14,575 nucleotides of DNA from Sulfurimonadaceae bacterium (GTDB lineage: Bacteria; Campylobacterota; Campylobacteria; Campylobacterales; Sulfurimonadaceae). The stretch covers positions 1 to 14,575 of the forward strand of contig JBFEXS010000054.1 in NCBI GenBank assembly GCA_041562555.1, written 5' to 3'. The translations under genes and the position numbers were made by a program. Below the pieces are notes generated by a model. That model worked only from the letters and a program-made list of their open reading frames with translations. It was not told where the DNA came from and searched no databases. The first letter of the stretch is position 1; the number at the start of each line of letters is the position of its first letter. Shown in pieces: positions 7,934 through 14,575 of this stretch.

Positions 7934-9178
7934 ATGAGCGAACACTTTTATCTTGCAAGACAGGTTATTTTAGATAGTAATGACACGATCATGGGCTATG
8001 AACTCTTGTATCGAGACAGTGAAAACTCCAGTGGTATTGATAATCCGCGCCATGCTACGGCTGCAGTGCTTGTCAATGTGCTTAATCAATCGGGTTTAAA
8101 AAACATTGTCGGTGACAAGCTCGCCTTCATCAATGTTGAAGGCTCCTTTTTACGGCATGATTTTATTGAATCGATTCCCTCGGAGACCTTTGTCTTTGAA
8201 CTGACATCGACGGGTGTGTTTGATGAACGGAATATTGAACTGATTCAGATCCTTCATCGTAAAAACTATAAGTTCAGTTTAGACCTTGAAACGCATAAAA
8301 GTGTTTCTACACTTAAAAAGATTCTTCCATACATTTCCTGGATCAAGATCGATACCAGCACATTTGAACGGGAGTTCCTGGATTCCTTTATGCAAGAATT
8401 CCGAAGTCCAAACTTGAAGTTTATTGCTTCCAAAGTAGAAGATGAAGGAACATTTTTAAGATACAAAAAAGCCGGGTTTGATGCATTTCAGGGATATTAC
8501 TTCGCCAAGCCAAAGATCATCAAAGATAAAAAACTTGATGGAAACCATTTGACACTGTTCAAATTGTGTAACACGATTCAATCGGGAGCTTCGATTCCTG
8601 AGATCGTCCAGGAGTTTGAAGCAAACCCATCGATCACGCTGCAGTTATTGCAGTTTATTAACTCCGGTGCCTTCCATTTTAGGAACCGAATCTCTTCGGT
8701 ACATCAGGTGATTACACTGCTGGGTCGAAATACCTTGGTACAATGGCTGATGCTATTGCTTTATTCAAAGAACTTTGGAAACAGCCACCGGTTTCAAAAT
8801 CCGCTTATCCTGATGGTCAAGCAGCGAACAGAGATAATGGTCAATCTGATGAAATTGATCAAGAAAGATGCTTCACAAACAGAACAGAGCGAAGCCTATT
8901 TTGTGGGGATATTGTCGTTAATGGATACCTTGATGCATATCCCTCTGAAAGACGTGGTCAGCGAGTTCTATGTTGATGATAGCATCTATGATGCACTTTT
9001 CGATCAGAAAGGACTTTTGGGTGAGCTCTTTGCTACGGCCATAGCGGTAGAAGAGTTTGATACCAATGCCATTGATCAGTTTCGAAACAAATATAACATT
9101 GATGCCAAGGTCTTTGAGACGATGATGCTAGAGGTGATGGAGACGACTACTCAGATGCAAAAAGATTCAAATCTTTAA
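7934..9178 (+). CDS. EAL + HDOD domain signal-transduction protein (YuxH/PdeH-like architecture) with a degenerate EAL active site
   Basis: EAL part: FYLARQVI, GYELLYR, AFINV, WIKID, KVED, FQGYYFAKP. HDOD part: NPSITLQLLQFINS, ISSVHQVITLLG, AYFVGILSLMD. The start is probably ATG 7934 (GGA 7 nt upstream); ATG 7922 is an alternative. Confidence 0.9.
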   Translation: MSEHFYLARQVILDSNDTIMGYELLYRDSENSSGIDNPRHATAAVLVNVLNQSGLKNIVGDKLAFINVEGSFLRHDFIESIPSETFVFELTSTGVFDERNIELIQILHRKNYKFSLDLETHKSVSTLKKILPYISWIKIDTSTFEREFLDSFMQEFRSPNLKFIASKVEDEGTFLRYKKAGFDAFQGYYFAKPKIIKDKKLDGNHLTLFKLCNTIQSGASIPEIVQEFEANPSITLQLLQFINSGAFHFRNRISSVHQVITLLGRNTLVQWLMLLLYSKNFGNSHRFQNPLILMVKQRTEIMVNLMKLIKKDASQTEQSEAYFVGILSLMDTLMHIPLKDVVSEFYVDDSIYDALFDQKGLLGELFATAIAVEEFDTNAIDQFRNKYNIDAKVFETMMLEVMETTTQMQKDSNL

Positions 9179-10235
9179 GGATCTCATCCACACCCAGACC
9201 GATTTCTTTTTCAAGGCTTATCTGGTTCCTTTTGATGTGAAAGGCCTGTATAAGCGGATGGTCTTCAAGATAAAATGGTGAGTCTAAGTCCGCCATTGTG
9301 ATATTCTCCTGTGAAAGTGCAAAGTGTACGGCGGCAAGAAGGCTCAGAGGGCCTTCAAGCATCGATCCGATCATGCAATTTGTCGTATAATCTTTTGCTA
9401 GTTTTGCTATCTGTATTGCTTCATGGATACCACCGGATTTCATCAATTTGATATTAAGCATATGCGCACTTTGTGTCTCTAACAGACGTTTGGCATCCTG
9501 CCTGCTAAAAAGAGATTCATCAGCAAGTATAGGGACGATCCCTTGTTTGCATAAATACCTCATATCGGTATCCTTTGAAGGGGTAAAGGGCTGTTCCAAA
9601 CACTCTATCTGAGTGGTATCAATCGTTTCTAAAAAGTGTAGGGCACCGGAAAGCTCAAAGGCCTGGTTTGGGTCCAGTCTCAGTTTGATATGTTTGGGAA
9701 TGATGGCATTTATGGCATTCATACGTGCTATGTTTTTGTTTATGTCGGCATCAAGCTTTATTTTAAGGTGTTCAAACCCTTGTTCCAGGGCAGAGTAGGT
9801 ATGATTCACCATTGTATTGATGTCATCTACGGAGATAGTGAGGTCTGTTATAAGAGTGTTTCCTTTTGCTCCCAGGTAGTGAAAGAGTGGTTGTTTCTTC
9901 TCTTTTGCCAGAAGATCATACAGGGCGATATCAATACAGGCCTTAGCTTCAGTGGAAGCCTTACATTTATGAAGTGTTGTAAAAATAGTCTCGACATGGA
10001 TACTATGATGCATGAGTGCAGGGAATATGATTTCATTGAGTTCATTGAGCAGGCTTTCATTAGTGGTCCCGGTGATAGCAGTAACCGCACAAGCCTCCCC
10101 ATAGCCAACTAAAGGTGTGTCCGTACGGATCATGATCATGATATCATCTATGGCCTCTACCCGCCGTAAAGAGGTGACAAAGGGTTGTTTAAGGCCAATA
10201 TTCAGATGGGCAGTCTCAAAGCCTGTTATCTTCAT
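9147..10235 (-). CDS. Dipeptide epimerase (L-Ala-D/L-Glu epimerase, YkfB/YcjG-like, enolase superfamily)
   Basis: Capping-domain FVTSLR (with the YkfB-like Arg), GYGEA, DIALYDL, KIK catalytic motif, metal ligands in DPNQ, EQP and DES, second Lys in NIKLMKSGG, GSMLE and the DLD (DxD) motif. Start ATG 10235 forms an ATGA overlap with the DUF819 stop. Confidence 0.9.
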   Translation of the reverse strand: MKITGFETAHLNIGLKQPFVTSLRRVEAIDDIMIMIRTDTPLVGYGEACAVTAITGTTNESLLNELNEIIFPALMHHSIHVETIFTTLHKCKASTEAKACIDIALYDLLAKEKKQPLFHYLGAKGNTLITDLTISVDDINTMVNHTYSALEQGFEHLKIKLDADINKNIARMNAINAIIPKHIKLRLDPNQAFELSGALHFLETIDTTQIECLEQPFTPSKDTDMRYLCKQGIVPILADESLFSRQDAKRLLETQSAHMLNIKLMKSGGIHEAIQIAKLAKDYTTNCMIGSMLEGPLSLLAAVHFALSQENITMADLDSPFYLEDHPLIQAFHIKRNQISLEKEIGLGVDEILKDLNLFASE

Positions 10236-11365
10236 ACCATCCACCTTAGAACCTGATCAAGTATAAGAGCGACAAAGGTCCCTAGAACATAACCCATACT
10301 TGCCATCAACACACCGACTCCTACAAGACTTTGTGCATATGCAGCGGATAAGATAGGGGCTGAGGCGATACCGCCTATATTAGCTAAAGAAGCGACACTG
10401 ATACTGAAAAGATCCAGTCTAAAGAGTTTCGCAGATATCAGCATCAAAAGGGCATGTATGGAAAGGATGCCCAGGCCTAACGAGATGTAATACAAAAGAC
10501 TGCTGTCAAAATGTAGCTGAGCACGTGAGGCAATAAGCGCGATTAAAAGGTAGAGCATCGCGTTGGCACTGCCTTGTACCCCTCTTATTCTGGATAAGGG
10601 AGAGAAGGAAAAGAGAACCCCTAACATCGTGGCTACGAGAACAGACCAGGTCGTAGCCGAAGCAAAGAAATGGGATAAAAAAATGCCTGAGACCTGTGCG
10701 ATCATGGAGACTGTAACCGCGGCAAGGAGCAGATAGGCATATCCTCGGTAGGAGAAGTGAATGGCACAGCTCTTTTCAAGGTTAATATCTTCGATCGGGT
10801 CTTTAGCCCTGGTATAGCGATTGAACGCAGGTGCAAAAGGTACAAGGAAAAGTAAAAACATTACCCAAAGACTGTAGTCGATGGAATCAATCAACATGGT
10901 AATGCCCAGTTCGCTTTCATCCCCATTGATAGCAGAAGAGACAGCGATCATATTTCCTGTGCCTCCCATCCATGAACCGGCCAAAGGAGAAAGAATATTA
11001 ATGTCAGCCGTCTGCTGACTAAAGAGGATAAAGGTCGTAATGAAGGCGATAAAAAGGGTGATGTTTGCAAGCATGAAGCTAAGAAGCATCTTTGGTCCAA
11101 GTCTGAGAAGGTAAGAGATCTTATTGGGAAGGAGCATTAGGAACAACATTGCCGGTAGAAGGTTGCTTTTGAGAGTAGAATAGCTCTCTGTCAGTGTTTC
11201 ATCAAAGGTGAACAGTCCCCCTGAACTTAGGATCATAATGCATAGATAGAGTAGGACGATGGGAGGAAGGTAATGTAAGACTCTGTATTTCTGTTTGGAC
11301 AGATAGAGTGCAAGTATACTCATGAGAGAAATAAAGAGAAGATAGGAATATACATCGGAGATCAT
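10232..11365 (-). CDS. DUF819 family polytopic membrane protein (putative secondary transporter)
   Basis: About 10 hydrophobic segments. Motifs LPPIVLLY, LLPAMLFLML, LGPKML, LAGSWMGGTGNMIAV, LYLLIALIASRA, SLANIGGIASAP and GVLMASMGY..GT. Confidence 0.85.
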   Translation of the reverse strand: MISDVYSYLLFISLMSILALYLSKQKYRVLHYLPPIVLLYLCIMILSSGGLFTFDETLTESYSTLKSNLLPAMLFLMLLPNKISYLLRLGPKMLLSFMLANITLFIAFITTFILFSQQTADINILSPLAGSWMGGTGNMIAVSSAINGDESELGITMLIDSIDYSLWVMFLLFLVPFAPAFNRYTRAKDPIEDINLEKSCAIHFSYRGYAYLLLAAVTVSMIAQVSGIFLSHFFASATTWSVLVATMLGVLFSFSPLSRIRGVQGSANAMLYLLIALIASRAQLHFDSSLLYYISLGLGILSIHALLMLISAKLFRLDLFSISVASLANIGGIASAPILSAAYAQSLVGVGVLMASMGYVLGTFVALILDQVLRWMV

Positions 11366-12000
11366 GGTGCCCCTTGCAGATTGGTTACCTGATGACGAAG
11401 CTGTTTCATAAATGAAGCTCCCGGGTCATATTTTACAGTACGATAGTTCTTTTGTCGTTCCAGCCAAAGGGGATGATCCTGAAATCGGGTGTATTCATAA
11501 TGGGCAATGAGGTATTGGATGCTCGGATATTTTTTTTGAAGATAGCGAATCAGTTTGAGATTCGCTTCCAGCTGTGCCTGGGTGAGATTTTCACGGTTAC
11601 CTTCACCACCTACATTCTCAATACCGATGGCACTAAGGTTCAGGCCGATTACATGGCGGGCCATAACGGTCTCATCCATGAGTCTGTAGATCGTCCCGTC
11701 TCTGTCGACCAAGAAGTGTGCTGATACATTGAGTCCAGAGGCTTCTTGTATATCGGGGCGGTCTGAGGGAAGCCTGGAATTGACAAAGCGCTGATATGAA
11801 CGTTCAAACCCATTGATTGAGGTCCAGTGTATCACGAGAATCTTTGGTGTGATCATGCCGGTGTCTGACACAATGCCATAATGTGTCTTGATATATTCTT
11901 GTGTGAGTTTTAGACGTGTCTTGTCAAAGATGATTGGTCTGTCAATGATCGTTATGGCAAAGAGTTGGGCATATGCGAGTAGAAGAAGAGAAAGTCTCAT
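11362..12000 (-). CDS. Secreted N-acetylmuramoyl-L-alanine amidase (Amidase_2/PGRP family)
   Basis: Zn ligands in VIHWT, IAHYE and KYDPG (Asp as third ligand, as in AmpD/AmiD), plus SAHFLVDRDG, ARHVIGLN and catalytic IGIEN. The start is reassigned to ATG 12000, giving the signal peptide MRLSLLLLAYAQLFA and an ATGA overlap with the upstream gene. Confidence 0.9.
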   Translation of the reverse strand: MRLSLLLLAYAQLFAITIIDRPIIFDKTRLKLTQEYIKTHYGIVSDTGMITPKILVIHWTSINGFERSYQRFVNSRLPSDRPDIQEASGLNVSAHFLVDRDGTIYRLMDETVMARHVIGLNLSAIGIENVGGEGNRENLTQAQLEANLKLIRYLQKKYPSIQYLIAHYEYTRFQDHPLWLERQKNYRTVKYDPGASFMKQLRHQVTNLQGAP

Positions 12001-13124
12001 GAACCTGCTTTGATGATGATCTTTGAGATTTCGCTTGGAGCCAATACCCGTATAGGCGGACCCCAATATCCGGTACCGCGGCTTACGAAGATCTGTTGGT
12101 CCTGATTATGTTGATACAGACCTGCAAGATAGGGCTGGTCAATCATGACGAGTAGACCGAAAGGAAAGATCTGCCCGCCGTGGGTATGTCCGCTCAGCAT
12201 CAGATCACAAGGTCTCTCTTCCAGTCGCAGAATGCTCTTGGGCTGGTGAGCCAATACAATGGTCGGTAGATCCGGATGAACACCTTCATACGCCTTTGGT
12301 ATATCCATCGGGTGCTCACCGATGCGTTCGCCAATCACATCGGTGAGCCCCACAAGGTTAAAATGATAGTCGCCATCTTTAATCTGAATACTCTCATTGA
12401 GTAAGACGGTAATGCCCAACTCCTTCATATAGGCGATCACTGCATCTGCTCCATGAAAATATTCATGGTTTCCCAAGATAAAAAATGTAGGCACCTTGAT
12501 CTTCTTCAGTGGTTCCAAATCCTCTTTTATCTCGTCAATATTATGATCGATTAAGTCACCGGTGATGGCAACGATATTCGGGCTTTGGTCATTAACACGG
12601 CGGACAAGCTCTTCCATGAAATGTTTTTTAAGACTTTTCCCAATGTGCACATCGCTCAGTTGTATGATGACATATGCTTCACTGTTAAATCCATTGATAT
12701 TGACACCAATAGTGTTCAAAACAGGTTCGCGAAGCCCTCCTTTTAAGCCCTTGAAAAGGTAGCTGAAGGCAAGAATGAGCATGGTCGTATCAAAAACGAT
12801 CTTAATGAACTTACGGCGACTCTGCTCAAAGGGTACATGCTTAAACACAGAGATATTCAGATCATAGATAACGGCTATAACAAAAAACAAGAAGGTAATG
12901 CCGATAGAGGCTGACAGAACATAATAAAGGGTTTCCGAGTCTGTAAAAATCTGAAATAAGATCTGTAAAACAAAGAGTACCTCACCGAACATCAAAAGCA
13001 AAGGAAGTATAAAGGAGTAACGATTAAAGGGTGGATGAAGTTTTAAAAAAAAGCGCTTATAGGTGTAATAGTTGAATGCAGCCATGACAGCAAGAAACAG
13101 TATGAAAAAAAGTGAAAATTTCAT
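11997..13124 (-). CDS. Membrane-anchored metallophosphoesterase (YkuE/YaeI-like, calcineurin-like superfamily)
   Basis: Complete MPP motifs SDVH, TGDLID, GNHE, LAHQP and SGHTHGGQ, plus VSRGTGYWGPPIR. Four N-terminal hydrophobic segments. Confidence 0.92.
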   Translation of the reverse strand: MKFSLFFILFLAVMAAFNYYTYKRFFLKLHPPFNRYSFILPLLLMFGEVLFVLQILFQIFTDSETLYYVLSASIGITFLFFVIAVIYDLNISVFKHVPFEQSRRKFIKIVFDTTMLILAFSYLFKGLKGGLREPVLNTIGVNINGFNSEAYVIIQLSDVHIGKSLKKHFMEELVRRVNDQSPNIVAITGDLIDHNIDEIKEDLEPLKKIKVPTFFILGNHEYFHGADAVIAYMKELGITVLLNESIQIKDGDYHFNLVGLTDVIGERIGEHPMDIPKAYEGVHPDLPTIVLAHQPKSILRLEERPCDLMLSGHTHGGQIFPFGLLVMIDQPYLAGLYQHNQDQQIFVSRGTGYWGPPIRVLAPSEISKIIIKAGS

Positions 13125-13864
13125 AAGTGCTTGTATCCGATATCTTGTTCGTCAAGAAAGTCTGTAAATGTCTTGAAATGTTTGTTCAAGAGTTCTTGGT
13201 CCTTGGAACTGAGTCTAAACTCAACATTTGCTTTTCCATTATTGATGATGGGTAGGGACGAAAGCTCAATGTCTTCGGGAAGATTAAACATAAGCTCCTG
13301 GAGTTTCCCTTCTCCGCACTGTGCCAGGAAACCCTGAGTGAATTTAGTCGGTGCCTGGGGGATATACTCGGATATGATAGTATCCATCATTGGTTGGGCC
13401 ATCTCCGGAAAACCAGGCATGAAGAAGTATCGATCTTGCAGTTGGAAACCCGACATGTTATTCACAGGATTGAAAAGAAGAGAAGCATCCTTTGGCAGGT
13501 CAGACATCCTGATAGGATGTGGGTAGGCCCTCTCTTGCAGACGGTTGATGATGTCTTGTTCAAACTTTGGATGTCTATAGAGTCTTCCGTCACCAAAGAC
13601 GTTAGCACTAAGCTGTCGCGTAAGGTCATCGGGTGTCGAACCGATACCTCCGAAACTGAACATCATCGCTTTTTCATCTTGTTTGATCAATTCATAGGTG
13701 TTCGTGATCAACACGGGGTCATCTTTTATGATGAAGGAGCTAAAGAGTGAGGTGCCTTTTCTTTGGAGTCCCTGACTGAGATAATCGAAGTGTTTGTCTT
13801 TGCGCCGACCGTCTAGTATCTCTGTTCCGATGATAACGGCGTATATATGAGGTTCATCAAGCAT
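13121..13864 (-). CDS. Stand-alone COG1058 (CinA N-terminal, molybdopterin-binding-fold) protein; probable ADP-ribose/FAD pyrophosphatase
   Basis: Motifs IIGTEILDGRRKD, SFGGIGSTPDDLT, NPVNNMSGF and MPGFPEM; there is no PncC C-terminal domain. The start is probably ATG 13864 (AAGGA at 13871-13875, 6 nt spacing); 13870 and 13879 are alternatives. Confidence 0.85.
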   Translation of the reverse strand: MLDEPHIYAVIIGTEILDGRRKDKHFDYLSQGLQRKGTSLFSSFIIKDDPVLITNTYELIKQDEKAMMFSFGGIGSTPDDLTRQLSANVFGDGRLYRHPKFEQDIINRLQERAYPHPIRMSDLPKDASLLFNPVNNMSGFQLQDRYFFMPGFPEMAQPMMDTIISEYIPQAPTKFTQGFLAQCGEGKLQELMFNLPEDIELSSLPIINNGKANVEFRLSSKDQELLNKHFKTFTDFLDEQDIGYKHL

Positions 13865-13870
13865 ACTCAT

Positions 13871-13897
13871 TCCTTGCATAAATCAGAAGCCATTTTA
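13871..13897 (-). promoter_or_regulatory. Putative -10 box (TAAAAT) and RBS for the five-gene operon
   Basis: On the minus strand, TAAAAT lies at 13892-13897 and AAGGA at 13871-13875. Confidence 0.45.
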
Positions 13898-13986
13898 CAC
13901 TTTTTTAATGAAAATAGCCAATTCTTTTCAGTAATATTTACCAAGAGCAGTCATAATGGAAGCTTAAAAATTTAAGTCAATTTATG

Positions 13987-14014
13987 TTGCAATAATTTAA
14001 AAAAGTTATATAAT
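13987..14014 (+). promoter_or_regulatory. Putative sigma70 promoter of the acyl-CoA synthetase gene
   Basis: TTGCAA at 13987-13992, a 16 nt spacer, and a perfect TATAAT at 14009-14014. Confidence 0.55.
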
Positions 14015-14059
14015 GTTTAAATAGTAATGATTGATGAAACCACCATACAGGAAATCAAT

Positions 14060-14575
14060 ATGTTCGAATGTAAGACCTTAGCAGAGCTGGTAGACTTTAT
14101 CGAAACACAGATTGATAATGAAAGTTTTCTAAACCATATAGAGAATGGACATTGGATAAGTATCTCTTCCATGGAGTTTGTCTCAAAGGTACACCGCCTT
14201 GCATCAGCCTTGAGTGCCAGAGGGGTTAAAAAGGGTACTTGTGTCGCTATCATATCCGATTCTTCTCCCTTTTGGCTTATTGTAGATTATGCTTTGCAGT
14301 CTCTTGGTGCAGTCTCTGTACCGATTTTTGCCAATATCTCCTCCAGCAATCTTAGTTTTGAACTTGAAGATGCTGAGATTAAGTATGTCTACATCGCTTC
14401 GCAGGAAAAATTTGATCAACTTGCTGCATATTTTGAGAACATGGAACTGGTCTTGATAAAGGATATTGAGGCAAAGGGTCAAAATATTGAAAAGCTTGAT
14501 GATTTTTATGCTGATAATATTGATTATGAAAAACCTCTGATAGATGAGAATGATCTGGCAACGATTATCTATACC
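14060..14575 (+). CDS. Long-chain fatty acid-CoA ligase / AMP-dependent synthetase, N-terminal part (3' truncated; absent from the ORF track)
   Basis: Manual translation gives MFECKTLAELVDF...RLASALSARGVKKGTCVAIISDSSPFWLIVDYALQSLGAVSVPIFAN...ELEDAEIKYVY...DENDLATIIYT. It ends at the start of the AMP-binding signature (normally IIYTSGTTG) with no stop. AGGA RBS precedes ATG 14060; an in-frame ATG also exists at 14027. Confidence 0.9.
   Translation, partial: MFECKTLAELVDFIETQIDNESFLNHIENGHWISISSMEFVSKVHRLASALSARGVKKGTCVAIISDSSPFWLIVDYALQSLGAVSVPIFANISSSNLSFELEDAEIKYVYIASQEKFDQLAAYFENMELVLIKDIEAKGQNIEKLDDFYADNIDYEKPLIDENDLATIIYT

Noticed and set aside
9147..10235. Epimerase as o-succinylbenzoate synthase (MenC) or muconate cycloisomerase
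   Set aside because: The DLD motif, GSMLE, capping-domain Arg and the amidase context favour a dipeptide epimerase. No men or cat genes are nearby.
12001..12066. ORF-track N-terminal extensions of the amidase (12066), thiE (4360) and epimerase (10244)
   Set aside because: They lie inside upstream genes. The downstream ATGs give short or ATGA overlaps and, for the amidase, a clean signal peptide.
1373..13750. Numerous short (60-140 aa) alternative-frame and antisense ORFs, e.g. 5701-6084, 7269-7622, 9690-10112 and 13394-13750
   Set aside because: All overlap confident genes and have no recognisable motifs. They look like shadow ORFs.
14017..14561. Three minus-strand ORFs at the right end
   Set aside because: They are antisense to the plus-strand acyl-CoA synthetase frame, which the ORF track omitted because it has no stop within the window.
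1..14575. CRISPR arrays, tRNA/rRNA, IS elements, prophage or defence genes
   Set aside because: All intergenic gaps are under about 200 nt with no repeat-spacer pattern or cloverleaf, and no transposase, integrase or phage motifs were seen. The amidase has a signal peptide and housekeeping context, so it is not a phage endolysin.

Overview
Gene-dense bacterial chromosomal window. The promoter style, AAGGA ribosome-binding sites and gene content suggest Campylobacterota, Sulfurovum-like (inference). Left to right: the 3' part of a PotD/PotF-type solute-binding protein directly followed by a hybrid sensor kinase (+); a thiD-thiE-NMT1/THI5-like operon (-); pgm and a DUF808/YedI membrane protein (+); an EAL-HDOD protein with a degenerate EAL site (+); a five-gene minus-strand operon joined by four consecutive ATGA overlaps (COG1058/CinA-N protein, membrane metallophosphoesterase, secreted Amidase_2, DUF819 membrane protein, L-Ala-D/L-Glu epimerase); and the 5' part of a long-chain acyl-CoA synthetase (+) that the ORF track misses. 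I saw no RNA genes, CRISPR arrays or mobile elements. Best candidates for new biology: (1) an amidase-DUF819-epimerase module implying DUF819 imports peptidoglycan stem peptides; (2) a signal-peptide-less ThiY/THI5-like protein lacking the THI5 PLP lysine and Cys motif, coupled to thiDE; (3) a solute-binding protein/hybrid kinase sensory pair. All family calls come from motif recognition by eye, not database searches.
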